In this document: positions 8,666-18,240 of the stretch, one piece after another
Position numbering within the stretch: the first letter of the stretch is position 1
Layout: each line of letters starts with the position of its first letter
Assembly: GCA_903856295.1 (NCBI GenBank)
Contig: CAIOBP010000097.1
Location: 540 to 64,539, forward strand
Reading direction: 5' to 3'
DNA length: 64,000 nt
DNA from: an uncultured Rhodospirillales bacterium
GTDB taxonomy: Bacteria > Pseudomonadota > Alphaproteobacteria > Azospirillales > Azospirillaceae
The notes under the pieces: generated by a model
What the model was told of the DNA's origin: nothing
The model's input: only the letters and a program-made list of their open reading frames with translations
The model's database searches: none
Position numbers and translations under genes: made by a program

Positions 8666-9997
8666 TCAGCGGCCCTGGGCATCGTCCTGGCAGGCCTTGA
8701 CCGACAGCCGCCGCGCCGCCGGCAGCAGCAGGGCGGCGTAGCCGGCGATCCAGGCCAGCGCCAGGGTGGCGGTGGCGCCGAGCATGCCGTAGCTCTGGCA
8801 CATCAGGACATTGAGCGGCAGCAGCAGCACGCCCTGCACCAGGGTGATGCGGAAATTATACCAGTAGAGTTCCAGCGCCAGCACGATCGGCCGCACCCAG
8901 AACACCATGGTCACGAAGCCGCTGGCCACCAGCAGCAACTGGAACGGCAGCACGCTGGGCTCGAAGGCGGCGCCGAACACCAGCACCAGCACCGGCCGGG
9001 CGAGCAGAATGCCGACCAGCGTGCCGGCCGCGACCAGCGGCAGCCAGGTGCGGCACAGCACCAGCACCCGGCGGCGAACCTCGGCGAGATCGCGCCGGAC
9101 CACCAGCTCGCTGAAATCCTGGTAGATCACCTGGGACAGCATCTCGCCGACCCGCATCACGGTGGCGGCCAAGCTCTTGGCGAGGCGATACCAGCCGACC
9201 TCCTCGGCCGAGCGGAAGAAGCCGAGCACCAGGGTGTCGGCCTCCTTGATCGCCGAGGAGCAGATGCTCCACAGGAAGGTCGCGCCCATGAAGCCCCAGA
9301 AGCCCGAAAGCTCGCGCCGCCGCCGGAAAACCCGTGAGCCCGCCAGCCCGCCGAGACGGACGCCATAACCCTCGGCCATGGCGCCGAACAGATAGCCGCC
9401 GGTCAGGATCGCCTGGAGCGCCCCGGTGATGGCCATCAGCCAGCCGGCGCTGGCCAAGCCGAGCTGTCCCGCCGCCAGCAGCACCCCCAGCCCGCCGACC
9501 CGCATCAGCGGAAAGACGGTGTTGAGCGCCGCGATGGCGCGGTAGCGTCCGAGGTCCCGGGCGACGCTGAACCAGACCTGATCGAACACCGCGCACACCT
9601 GCATGGTACCGATCAGCAGATAGAGCGGAATCGCGGCGGTGCCGCCGGGCAGATCGCCGGCCAGCCAGGGCACGCTGGCGGCGATCACCACCAACGCCAG
9701 CACCCGGGTTACGATCTCGATGGCCAGGGCCGAGCCGAGCAGCAATTCCATCAGGTCCTGGGCGTTGCGCTCGCGGAACTCCACGAGATAGCGCGTCACC
9801 GGCTCCGAGGTGCGGAAGGTGCACAGCGAGTAGGCGACCAGCACATAGGCCTGAACGCCGCTCCAGATGCCGAAATCCGCCGGCCCCAGCGTCCGGGCCA
9901 GAATCAGGGTCTGGAGCAGGGCAAGCGCCATCGCCGCGGCGCTGCCGCCGAAGAGATAGCTGCCATTGGTGAACAGGCGGCGCAGCGAGGGCTTCAC
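8666..9997 (-). CDS. polysaccharide biosynthesis / oligosaccharide flippase-like membrane protein (MOP/Wzx-like)
   Basis: About 12 predicted TM segments and a typical N-terminus SLRRLFTNGSYLFGGSAAAMALALLQTLILARTLGPADFG. GTG 9997 chosen as start; the upstream part of the ORF is Arg/Pro-rich. Confidence 0.65.
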   Translation of the reverse strand: MKPSLRRLFTNGSYLFGGSAAAMALALLQTLILARTLGPADFGIWSGVQAYVLVAYSLCTFRTSEPVTRYLVEFRERNAQDLMELLLGSALAIEIVTRVLALVVIAASVPWLAGDLPGGTAAIPLYLLIGTMQVCAVFDQVWFSVARDLGRYRAIAALNTVFPLMRVGGLGVLLAAGQLGLASAGWLMAITGALQAILTGGYLFGAMAEGYGVRLGGLAGSRVFRRRRELSGFWGFMGATFLWSICSSAIKEADTLVLGFFRSAEEVGWYRLAKSLAATVMRVGEMLSQVIYQDFSELVVRRDLAEVRRRVLVLCRTWLPLVAAGTLVGILLARPVLVLVFGAAFEPSVLPFQLLLVASGFVTMVFWVRPIVLALELYWYNFRITLVQGVLLLPLNVLMCQSYGMLGATATLALAWIAGYAALLLPAARRLSVKACQDDAQGR

Positions 9998-10193
9998 CGG
10001 TTCGACTTTCGCTTGGAGTCGGCATGGAATCGCAGGCGCACACCCCGGTCCGCGCTCACAGACGCGGCCCGGAGTGTGCGCCCGCGAAGCCTTAACCGTC
10101 CGCCCCGAACGACGCAAGCACCGTGGTGGCGATAGGTGGTTTTTCGTAGTCCCGCGGTCGGCAGGTCCCCGAAGTCCGGCAGGCCGGCGCCCG

Positions 10194-12017
10194 CTATTCT
10201 CCCACCGCCGCCCCTTCGCGCCGGGGGTCGGCGCCACCGGCCAAGTGGCCCTCGCCCAGCTGGATGCCGGTCAGGCCGCTGGTCATCTCGGTCAAGGAAA
10301 TGGTGTGACCGAGAGCCTCGAGGGCCGGTTTGAGCGCGGCCAGCACCGTTCCCTGCTCCAGCTCGGTGGCGCCGTTGCGGTTGGCCACGTGGGGCAGGTT
10401 GATCGCGGTCTGGACATCCAGGCCCCAGTCGAGCACCCCGACCAGCGTCTCGGCGACATAATCGATGATCCGCGGGCCGCCGGGGGAGCCGAGCGCCAGC
10501 ACCGGCTTGTTGGCCTCGTCGAGCACGATGGTCGGCGACATCGCCGAGCGCGGCCGTTTGCCCGGCTCGGCGCGGTTGGCCACCGGACGGCCGTTGATCT
10601 CGGGACGGAGCGAAAAGTCTGTCAACTCATTGTTGAGTAGAAAACCATCGACCATCAACCTTGAGCCGAAAGCATCCTCGATCGAGGTGGTGGCCGACAC
10701 GATGTTTCCGGCCTTGTCGACCACCACGAAATGGCTGGTCGAGGGGTATTCGTAGGACTCGCCCGGCGGTGCGGCGCGGGCATCGCGCCAGGGCGGATTG
10801 CCGGCCCGCACCGGCGCCGGCAGCGCGTGGTCGCGATCGATCAATTGCGCCCGCACCAGCAGATAGAGCGGGTCCGCCAACCCGGCGGCCGGCACCGGGG
10901 TCAGTTCGGGGTCGGCGAGGTAGGCGTCGCGGTCGGCATAGGTCAGCTTGCTCGCCTCGGCCAACAAATGCACGGCGGACAGGGACAAAGGCTTGATGTG
11001 TTCGACATCGAAATGGCTGAGCAGCCCGAGTATTTCGGCGACGCTGGCGCCACCGGCCGGCGGTGGCGGACCGCACACCAGGAAGGTGCGATAGGGCGCA
11101 CAGGCCGGTTCGCGCGGCAGGGCGGCATAGCTTTTGAGGTCGTCCTCGGTCATGGCGCCGTGGCTGGCGCCGGAGCCGTTGACCTTGGCCGCGATCTCCT
11201 TGGCGATCGGTCCGGTATAAAAAGCATCGGCGCCGCCTGCGGCGATTTTCCGCAGCGTCTCGGCGAAGGCCGGGTTCTTGAGCTTGGTTCCGGCGGCGCG
11301 CGGACTGCCGTCGGCATTGAGGAAATAGGCCCGCGCGGTGGGATCGCGGGCCAGCCGCTCGCGGTCATGGGCGATCTCCATGGCCAGACGCGGCGAAATC
11401 TCGAAGCCCTGCTCGGCGAGATCGATGGCCGGTTGGAACAGCTTGGCCCAGGGCAGCTTGCCCGCCCGCTGATGCGCGGCCTGCCACAGCCGCAGCGCGC
11501 CCGGCACCCCGACCGAGCGGCCGCCGATCACCGCGTCGTAGAAGGCCAGTGGCTGACCGGCGCCATCGAGGAACAGGTCGGGGCGGGTGGCGGCCGGCGC
11601 GGTTTCCCGGCCGTCGAAGGCGTAGAGTTCGCCGGCGGCGCGGTCATAGCCGATCAGGAAGGCGCCGCCGCCGATGCCCGAGGATTGCGGCTCGACCAGA
11701 TTGAGCACCATCTGAACCGTCACCGCCGCGTCGACGGCGCTGCCGCCCTCGCGGATGATCTGGGCGCCGGCCCGGGCCGCGACCGGGCTGGCCGCCACCA
11801 CCATGAACGATTTGGCATCGGCCGCCGCCCGAACCTCGGCCCGTGCGCTCCCGGCGGTCAGTAAGATCGCCACTGCCAAGGCAAGGGTTCCAAGGGCCCC
11901 CGGCCTTTGGCGGGTCCAGGGCAGCGCCCTGGCCTGGCCTTCGGCGACCAAGGGGCTTTGCCCCTGGCCCCCCCTGGAGCCGGCGGCCCCAGACCCCGGT
12001 AGATAGAGTTTAGCCAT
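10194..12017 (-). CDS. ggt: gamma-glutamyltransferase
   Basis: GGT motifs GGSAVDAAV, SSGIGGGAF, autoprocessing site PSTSHFVVVDKAGNIVSATTSIEDAFGS, SPGGPRII. ATG 12017 is the first Met after flhB. The true start may lie near 11870 because residues 5-45 are encoded by the REP-like element. Confidence 0.85.
   Translation of the reverse strand: MAKLYLPGSGAAGSRGGQGQSPLVAEGQARALPWTRQRPGALGTLALAVAILLTAGSARAEVRAAADAKSFMVVAASPVAARAGAQIIREGGSAVDAAVTVQMVLNLVEPQSSGIGGGAFLIGYDRAAGELYAFDGRETAPAATRPDLFLDGAGQPLAFYDAVIGGRSVGVPGALRLWQAAHQRAGKLPWAKLFQPAIDLAEQGFEISPRLAMEIAHDRERLARDPTARAYFLNADGSPRAAGTKLKNPAFAETLRKIAAGGADAFYTGPIAKEIAAKVNGSGASHGAMTEDDLKSYAALPREPACAPYRTFLVCGPPPPAGGASVAEILGLLSHFDVEHIKPLSLSAVHLLAEASKLTYADRDAYLADPELTPVPAAGLADPLYLLVRAQLIDRDHALPAPVRAGNPPWRDARAAPPGESYEYPSTSHFVVVDKAGNIVSATTSIEDAFGSRLMVDGFLLNNELTDFSLRPEINGRPVANRAEPGKRPRSAMSPTIVLDEANKPVLALGSPGGPRIIDYVAETLVGVLDWGLDVQTAINLPHVANRNGATELEQGTVLAALKPALEALGHTISLTEMTSGLTGIQLGEGHLAGGADPRREGAAVGE
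11881..12000. repeat. REP-like multi-hairpin element, copy B (inverted relative to copy A)
   Basis: Its reverse complement aligns along its whole length with 3111..3229, with a few substitutions and 1-nt indels. Confidence 0.75.
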
Positions 12018-13089
12018 TGAGCTTGCGCCCCTTGAGTTTGTAAACGAAGCTGATGACCTCGGCGACCGCGCGGTATTGTTCGGCGGGAATTTCCTGGTCG
12101 ATGTCGACGGTGTCGTAAAGCGCCCGCGCCAGCGGCGGATTCTGCACGATGGGAATATCGTGCTCCTCGGCGACTTTGCGAATGGTGGCGGCGATGAAAT
12201 CGGCACCCTTGGCCACCACCACCGGCGCCCGGCCGCTGGCGGCATCGTATTTCATGGCCACGGCGAAATGGGTCGGGTTGGTGACCACGACGTCGGCCTG
12301 GGGCACCGCCGCCATCATGCGCTGCCGGGCCTTTTGCACGCGCATCGCCCGGATCTTGCTCTTGACCAGCGGATCGCCTTCGGTCTGCTTGTATTCGTCC
12401 TTCACCTCCTGCTTGGTCATGCGCATCTTCTTGGCGAAGGTGAAGCGCTGATAGGCGAAGTCGGCGGCGGTGATGATCAGCACCACCATCACGATCCAGA
12501 CCATCATTCTGTAGGAGGTCGAGCGAACCTCCCAGAGCATCGACGAAAAATCCATGCCGATGAAATGCTCGAACCCCATGACCACCGGTTTGAGCACCAG
12601 AAAGACCACGAATCCGATCGCGAACAGCTTGAGAAGGTTCTTGCCCATGTCCAGCGCCTGCTGGCTGAGCTTGAACATCCGTTGCAGACCGGCGATCGGA
12701 TTGAGCTTGTTGAAGTCGATCTTCAGGCTGGCCCAGGTGAACTTGAAACCGATCTGCAAGACGGTCGACAGGATGCCCAGCACCATCAGCAGCGCCAGCG
12801 GCAAGCCGGTATAATAGATCACGTCGAGCAGAGCCCGCCCGACCATCAGGCGAATCGCCTCGGCATCGGTGGGAAATTGATAGGTTTCGGTGAGCAGCCG
12901 CGCCAGCTCGTCCTTGATGTGGCCGACGATCGGCGGCGCGATCCAGGCGACGATGATCAGGATGCCGATCATCGCCATCAGGTTGTTGACCTCGCGGCTG
13001 ATCGCGAACTGGCCTTCTTCGTGGGCCTTGTCGAGCTTGCGACTGCTGGCTTCTTCTGTTTTTGATGATTCGTCCTCATCTTCCGCCAT
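12010..13089 (-). CDS. flhB: flagellar biosynthesis protein FlhB
   Basis: 359 aa. N-terminal MAEDEDESSKTEEASSRKLDKAHEEGQFAISREV and the autocleavage motif NPTHFAVA. Confidence 0.9.
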   Translation of the reverse strand: MAEDEDESSKTEEASSRKLDKAHEEGQFAISREVNNLMAMIGILIIVAWIAPPIVGHIKDELARLLTETYQFPTDAEAIRLMVGRALLDVIYYTGLPLALLMVLGILSTVLQIGFKFTWASLKIDFNKLNPIAGLQRMFKLSQQALDMGKNLLKLFAIGFVVFLVLKPVVMGFEHFIGMDFSSMLWEVRSTSYRMMVWIVMVVLIITAADFAYQRFTFAKKMRMTKQEVKDEYKQTEGDPLVKSKIRAMRVQKARQRMMAAVPQADVVVTNPTHFAVAMKYDAASGRAPVVVAKGADFIAATIRKVAEEHDIPIVQNPPLARALYDTVDIDQEIPAEQYRAVAEVISFVYKLKGRKLNG

Positions 13090-13095
13090 CGCTGA

Positions 13096-13866
13096 TCACT
13101 CCGGCGCGAGAAACTGGACGAGCGTACCCTCGAAGTGACGCAGCCAGAACATCATCATCGCCGACACCGTGATGGCGAACAGGAACAGGCCATAGGCGAT
13201 CTGGGCCGACATGAAGACGAAAAACACCTGCATCTGGGGCGCGAGCCGCGCCATGATCCCGAGCGCCAGCGCGAACACCAGACCGGTGGCCAGGAACGGC
13301 GCCGACATCTGGACGCCGATGGTGAAACTGTCGGCGACCAGCCGGGTCACCGTCTGGGTGAAATCGCCCACCGGCAACGGCGCCCCCGGCTGAAACATCT
13401 CATAACTGTGCACGATGGCGCTCAGCAGCAGATGATGAAGATTGGTGATCAGGATCAGCAGCAGCGCCAGCCACGATAGCAGCGAGCCCGGCAGCGAGCC
13501 CTGGGTGGCCAGCGACGGATTGAACACGAAGGCGTTGGACAGGCCGGTCTGCATGGCGATGATCATGCCCGCGACCTCGAGGGCGCCGAACATCAGCCGC
13601 CCCAGCGAGCCGATGAACACGCCGATCAGCAGTTCCCCGCCCAGCAGCAGAAACAGCCCCAGCACCGAGGCCGGCTCCCGGGGCAGCTCCGGCAGGAGCA
13701 CCGGGGTCACGACCAAGCTGATCGCGAGGGCGAGCAGCAGCCGGACCTGAGTCGGCACGAACTGATCGCCGAACACCGGCATCACCATCATCGCCGCGCC
13801 GACCCGCGTGAACACCAGCAGCCACGCGAAGAGATTGCCGGCGATCAGGGTCTGGAGCGCGGCCAC
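13096..13866 (-). CDS. fliR: flagellar biosynthetic protein FliR
   Basis: 256 aa polytopic protein between fliQ and flhB with FliR-like sequence. Confidence 0.9.
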   Translation of the reverse strand: MAALQTLIAGNLFAWLLVFTRVGAAMMVMPVFGDQFVPTQVRLLLALAISLVVTPVLLPELPREPASVLGLFLLLGGELLIGVFIGSLGRLMFGALEVAGMIIAMQTGLSNAFVFNPSLATQGSLPGSLLSWLALLLILITNLHHLLLSAIVHSYEMFQPGAPLPVGDFTQTVTRLVADSFTIGVQMSAPFLATGLVFALALGIMARLAPQMQVFFVFMSAQIAYGLFLFAITVSAMMMFWLRHFEGTLVQFLAPE

Positions 13867-13877
13867 CGGTCAGCCGC

Positions 13878-14150
13878 TCACGGCACGCCGACGGCGACGA
13901 TGCGGTCGGCGATGTGCAGGGTGAAGGTGGTGAGATGCGAGAGCATGAATGGCGCCAGGAAAATCGCGGTGGCGAACCCCAGCAGCATCTTGGGCACGAA
14001 GGTCAGGGTCTGTTCCTGAATCTGGGTCAGGGCCTGGAACAGCGAGATGATCACGCCGACGACCAGCATCACGATCATGATCGGGCCGGAGATGACGATC
14101 ATGGCCATGATCGCCTCGCGGCAAATGTCGATGGCGTCGGTTTCCGTCAT
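13878..14150 (-). CDS. fliQ: flagellar biosynthetic protein FliQ
   Basis: 90 aa, two TM segments, motif SLFQALTQIQEQTLTFVPK. Confidence 0.9.
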   Translation of the reverse strand: MTETDAIDICREAIMAMIVISGPIMIVMLVVGVIISLFQALTQIQEQTLTFVPKMLLGFATAIFLAPFMLSHLTTFTLHIADRIVAVGVP

Positions 14151-14177
14151 GGGCTGGCGACCTCGCCTCGCTGTGCC

Positions 14178-14489
14178 TCAGATCGGCATGCGCAAAATTT
14201 CCTGATAGGCGTTGACCACCTTGTCGCGCACCGCGGTCACGGTCTGCAAGGTCATTTCAGCGTTGGTCACCGCGGTCACGACGTCGTTGAGGTCGGCCTT
14301 GCCCACGGCGGCCTTGGCGGTCATCTGTTCGCCGGCCTTGAGGCTGCCGATGGCGCCGTGCGCCGCCTGTTCGAGCACGGCTCCGAAGCTCAGCCCGTGA
14401 GCGTCCTCGGTTTCGTCGCCGCCCGGCTGCACCGCCCGCGAGGCGGCGCTGGCGTAGGCATTAAGCGCGGCGCTGACATTGGCGACCAT
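14178..14489 (-). CDS. fliE: flagellar hook-basal body complex protein FliE
   Basis: 103 aa, C-terminal RDKVVNAYQEILRMPI typical of FliE. Confidence 0.8.
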   Translation of the reverse strand: MVANVSAALNAYASAASRAVQPGGDETEDAHGLSFGAVLEQAAHGAIGSLKAGEQMTAKAAVGKADLNDVVTAVTNAEMTLQTVTAVRDKVVNAYQEILRMPI

Positions 14490-14521
14490 GGGCGGGCTCC
14501 TCCGGTAAAACGAAAAGGGGA

Positions 14522-14929
14522 TCAGCGCAGCAGTTCGACGGTGCGGGACAGCATGGTCTTGGCGGCGTCGATCACGGACAGGTTGGCATCGTAGGACCGC
14601 TGGGCCTCCTGAAGGTCCATGGTCTCGACCAGGCTGTTGACGTTGGGCATCATGACATAGCCATCCTGGTCGGCGACCGGGCTGCCGGGATCGTACTTGC
14701 GGGTGAAGTCGCTGCGGTCGACCCCGACCGCGGCGACCCGCACCTTGTTGACCCCGGCCTGCCGGTCGAGTTCGTTCTTGAAGGTCACGACCTTGCGCCG
14801 GTAGGGCAGGTCGCCGGGCGCTTCGGCGGTGGAGTCGGCGTTGGCCAGATTTTCCGCAATCACCTTGATGCGCGAACTCTGGGCCTTCATGCCGGCGGCC
14901 GAAACCTCCATCGCCTTGGTGATATCCAT
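14522..14929 (-). CDS. flgC: flagellar basal-body rod protein FlgC
   Basis: N-terminal AMEVSAAGMKAQSSRIKVIAENLANADST; 135 aa. Confidence 0.9.
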   Translation of the reverse strand: MDITKAMEVSAAGMKAQSSRIKVIAENLANADSTAEAPGDLPYRRKVVTFKNELDRQAGVNKVRVAAVGVDRSDFTRKYDPGSPVADQDGYVMMPNVNSLVETMDLQEAQRSYDANLSVIDAAKTMLSRTVELLR

Positions 14930-14970
14930 CGCCTCGATCCTCTTTCCTGAAGTCTAGAGCGCGCCGCCGT

Positions 14971-15375
14971 TCAGCTGCCGCGCTGGAGCACCTGTTTGAT
15001 CATGCCGACGTTCTTGCGGTAGAGGCTGGTCACCATGTTGTAATCCTGGGAGGTCTGGGACAGCTTCATCATCTGTTCCTCGATATCCACCGCATTGCCG
15101 TCGGGTTTGGTTTCGTAGGTCTTGCGGTCCTTGCGCACCGTGCCGGGGCCGTCGGCGGCGTGGGCGAGATGCTGGTGAGCGGGATTGGTCATCGCTGGTT
15201 CGAGATGGTGGCCCTCCTGGAGAGCGGTGCGGAAGGTGAAGGGGGTGACGTCCTCGGGCTTGAATTTCGGCGTGTCGACGTTGGCGACGTTCTGGGCCAG
15301 CACGGTCTGGCGCTGGCTCAACCAGTCCATCTTCTTGGCCATCAGCTTGAAGACGCCGATCGAAGAGAGGTCCAT
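14971..15375 (-). CDS. flgB: flagellar basal-body rod protein FlgB
   Basis: Start at MDLSSIGVFKLMAKKMDWLSQRQTVLAQNVANVDTP (ATG 15375). The ORF-track extension to 15480 is Gly/Ala-rich and covers the promoter. Confidence 0.85.
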   Translation of the reverse strand: MDLSSIGVFKLMAKKMDWLSQRQTVLAQNVANVDTPKFKPEDVTPFTFRTALQEGHHLEPAMTNPAHQHLAHAADGPGTVRKDRKTYETKPDGNAVDIEEQMMKLSQTSQDYNMVTSLYRKNVGMIKQVLQRGS

Positions 15376-15440
15376 GATCCCGATCCCTGCCTGTGGCCGC
15401 CGTGCGGCCGCCCTGCCCCACTGTCCCGTCCCACCGTCCC

Positions 15441-15457
15441 ATGCAACCGCGATGCCA
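15441..15457 (-). promoter_or_regulatory. sigma-54 (-24/-12) promoter for the flgB operon
   Basis: The minus strand reads TGGCAT-cgcgg-TTGCAT, matching TGGCAC-N5-TTGCA, about 65 nt upstream of the flgB ATG. Confidence 0.55.
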
Positions 15458-15526
15458 GCGCCGCCGGTCGCGACGGTCAAGTATTCGGCGGCGACAGGGG
15501 AAGTATACGCCCGGGAAGACCAAGCC

Positions 15527-16402
15527 TCAAGGCCGCTTGCCGGCCAACGCCGGCCCGATCACGGTAACCGCCAGCCCGGTCATCACCAGAGCGGCCCCGG
15601 CAAGTTTTGCCGGGGAGATGGTTTCCCCCAGCAGCAGCGCCGTCGAACTCATGCCGAACACCGGTACCAGCAGCGAAAATGGCGCCACCAGACTGGCCGG
15701 ATAGCGAACGAGCAGCACGCTCCAGGCGCCGAAAGCGGCCAGGGTGGCGACGAGGCTTTGGAACACCACCGCGCCCGCCCCCAGCCAGCTCATGCCCAGC
15801 AGCGCCGACACCATGCGGTCGCCGCCTTCGAAGGCCCAGGACAGCAGCAGCAGCGGAACCACCGCCACCGCGCTCATCCAGATCATCAGTCCGAGCGGAT
15901 CGCGGGCGCCGGCCTGCTTGGTCAGGATGTTGGCCACCGCCCAGGCCAGCGCCGCTCCGAGCACCAGCACCAGACCGAGCAGGCTGCCGCCATCGCCGAT
16001 GTCGCCGGCGATGACCAGAATGCCGGCCGCGGCCAGAGCCATGCCCGCCAGCTGACGCCGGGACGGCCGGTCGCCGAGCAGCAGCGCCGCCAGCAGCGCC
16101 GTGAAAAACGCCTGGGTCTGGGCGACCAGGGAGGCCAGCCCGGCGGGCAGCCCGACATCGATGCCGATGAACAGCAAGCTGAACATCGCCACCCCCAGCG
16201 CCAGTCCGATGCCGAGGATGAAACGCAGGGGTGCCGGCGGTCCCGCGCGCCACAGCCACAGCAGCGGCAGCGCGGCCACGGCGAAGCGCAGCGCCGAGAA
16301 CAGCAGCGGCGGAAAATCCCGCAGTCCGATCTTGATCACCACGAAAGTGAAACCCCAGGCGGCGGCGACCAGCACCGCCACCAGCACATCCCGCGCCTGC
16401 AT
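15527..16402 (-). CDS. EamA/DMT-family transporter
   Basis: 10-TM protein starting MQARDVLVAVLVAAAWGFTFVVIKIGL (ATG 16402), with two EamA-like halves. Confidence 0.8.
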   Translation of the reverse strand: MQARDVLVAVLVAAAWGFTFVVIKIGLRDFPPLLFSALRFAVAALPLLWLWRAGPPAPLRFILGIGLALGVAMFSLLFIGIDVGLPAGLASLVAQTQAFFTALLAALLLGDRPSRRQLAGMALAAAGILVIAGDIGDGGSLLGLVLVLGAALAWAVANILTKQAGARDPLGLMIWMSAVAVVPLLLLSWAFEGGDRMVSALLGMSWLGAGAVVFQSLVATLAAFGAWSVLLVRYPASLVAPFSLLVPVFGMSSTALLLGETISPAKLAGAALVMTGLAVTVIGPALAGKRP

Positions 16403-16457
16403 ACCGTTTTCCGCCGAAGCCGCTTTGTCCAACCGATGTTGGTAGCCGGTCCGCCGG

Positions 16458-17213
16458 TCAGGAGATGACGCCGTTGCGCACCCCGGCCATGCTCTTGCGC
16501 ACCGCGTCCCGCAACGAGGCCGCCTCGGCGCGGCCGTCGCCATCACCGCCCCAGCGGTCGAAGTGCAGCAGGTCTTCGAGGGGCAGGCGGGCGCGCCAGC
16601 CGGCGGTCTCGAGATCGGGTTTGGTGTTGAAGTGGCTGACATAGCCGAGGCAAAGATAGGCGACCGGCACCACCCGTTCGGGAATCTCCAGCACGTCGCG
16701 CAGCCGGTCGGGATGGAGAATGCTCACCCAGCCCACGCCCAGCCCTTCGGCCCGCGCCGCCAGCCACAGATTCTGCACCGCGCACACCGTGCTGTAGAGG
16801 TCCATGGTCGGCATGTGGGTGCGGCCGAGCACCACCGGCCCGGCCCGGTCGCGGTCGCAGGTGACACAGAGATTGAGCGGCGCCTCGCGGATGCCCTCGA
16901 GTTTGAGCCGGCGGTAGGTCGCCTGACGGTCATCCTCGAACATCGCCGCCGCCTCGGCGTTGGCGGCGGTGAAATCCTCATGCACCCGCGCCTTGACCGC
17001 GGGATCGCTGATCAGCAGAAAGCTCCAGGGCTGCATGAAGCCGACCGAAGGCGCGAAATGGGCGGCGGTCAGCACCCGCGCCAGCACCGCGTCGGGCACC
17101 GGGTCCGCAACGAACTGGCCGCGCACATCCCGGCGATTGACGATCGCATGGTACAGCCCGGCCCGCTGTTCCTCGGAGAAATCGGTCTCCTCCCGAACTG
17201 ACTGGCTTGTCAT
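16458..17213 (-). CDS. bluB: 5,6-dimethylbenzimidazole synthase (nitroreductase fold)
   Basis: FSEEQRAGLYHAIVNRRDVRGQF, HFAPSVGFMQPW, GLGVGWVSIL. Start at MTSQ (ATG 17213). Confidence 0.85.
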   Translation of the reverse strand: MTSQSVREETDFSEEQRAGLYHAIVNRRDVRGQFVADPVPDAVLARVLTAAHFAPSVGFMQPWSFLLISDPAVKARVHEDFTAANAEAAAMFEDDRQATYRRLKLEGIREAPLNLCVTCDRDRAGPVVLGRTHMPTMDLYSTVCAVQNLWLAARAEGLGVGWVSILHPDRLRDVLEIPERVVPVAYLCLGYVSHFNTKPDLETAGWRARLPLEDLLHFDRWGGDGDGRAEAASLRDAVRKSMAGVRNGVIS

Positions 17214-17214
17214 C

Positions 17215-17697
17215 CTACTCCCTCTCCGCCGCCGTCCGGCACCGGCCATACTCCGCCAGTTCCAGCACCACCCCGTCCGGGTCGCTGATGTAGGCCATGC
17301 GCTTGCCGGCGGGCAGGATCGACAACGGCACCTGCACCGGCTCGACCCCCTCAGCGTAGCCCAGTGAGCGGGCGAGGGCGAGCGCCGCGTCGATGTCCGC
17401 CACCCGCACCGCGAAATGCCGCAGCCCTTCGGTGACCAGACGGCGGGTGGCCGGCTCGGTCCGGCCGGGCGGCGAGAGGTAGCGCAACAGCTCGATGCGG
17501 AACCCCGGATCGGCAGCGCCGAGAATCACGCACCGGGCGCGGGCGCCCGGATAGCCGGTCACCGCCTCGAACCACGGACCCGAGAGATCGCAATCAAGGG
17601 CGACGCTCATGCCGAACAGAGCACGATAGAACCGGGTCGACTCCGCCATGTCGGAGACGACGATGTTGAGATGGTCGAAACGGGGGAGAATGGTCAT
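17215..17697 (-). CDS. VOC (glyoxalase/bleomycin-resistance/dioxygenase) family protein
   Basis: FDHLNIVVSDMAESTRFYRALFGM ... GLRHFAVRVADIDAA ... YISDPDGVVLELAEY. Start could also be 17724. Its stop abuts the bluB start. Confidence 0.7.
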   Translation of the reverse strand: MTILPRFDHLNIVVSDMAESTRFYRALFGMSVALDCDLSGPWFEAVTGYPGARARCVILGAADPGFRIELLRYLSPPGRTEPATRRLVTEGLRHFAVRVADIDAALALARSLGYAEGVEPVQVPLSILPAGKRMAYISDPDGVVLELAEYGRCRTAAERE

Positions 17698-17850
17698 CGG
17701 CGGGCTCACGGCAAGCGGTGCCATCGCTTGGCGCCTCCGGCCGCCGCTGTCAACCGTCTTGAGCGCAAGTCCGGCCTTGCCGATTGACGGGACCGGCGCG
17801 ATATGAAAGACAAGTGCTGACTCAAGGATCGCCACGGGACTCCGGTATTC

Positions 17851-18111
17851 ATGGAAGACTCCGGCACACCGGCCGCCATTCAGGACGCCCCCGTCGAGAT
17901 GCGGGTGGTGCTGGGAACGGCGTTGCTCCGCGTTCGCGACCTGCTGAAACTCGGCCGCGGCGCGGTGGTCGAGCTCGACCGCAAGATCAACGCCCCCTCC
18001 GACGTCTATGTCGCCGGCATCCTGGTGGCGCGCGGCGAGGTGACCATCGTCGAGGACCGGCTGGCGGTGACCATCTCCGACTTCATCAAAACCGGCGCCC
18101 AGCGGCGATGA
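17851..18111 (+). CDS. fliN: flagellar motor switch protein FliN (SpoA domain)
   Basis: 86 aa: VEMRVVLGTALLRVRDLLKLGRGAVVELDRKINAPSDVYVAGILVARGEVTIVEDRLAVTI. Confidence 0.8.
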   Translation: MEDSGTPAAIQDAPVEMRVVLGTALLRVRDLLKLGRGAVVELDRKINAPSDVYVAGILVARGEVTIVEDRLAVTISDFIKTGAQRR

Positions 18112-18240
18112 CGCAGCCCCTCCTGTGACTCCAATGCCATAGGTCGGGACCCTCTTGCAGTAAGATAGAAAAGCCCCCTAACGCCCTGAAGAGTCTTCGT
18201 GCTAGCCTCCCCGTTCCTCGTGATTCACGGGAGGTGGCAG

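Noticed and set aside
17698-17850. Looked for a cobalamin riboswitch upstream of the VOC-bluB pair
   Set aside because: The region is only about 150 nt and I could not find a B12-box-like sequence. A cmscan would be needed to exclude one.
18206-18234. Hairpin cctccccg...cgggagg that could sequester the DUF882 gene Shine-Dalgarno
   Set aside because: Only about 7 bp with a bulge. Pairings of this size are frequent by chance in GC-rich DNA, and I recognise no conserved RNA motif.
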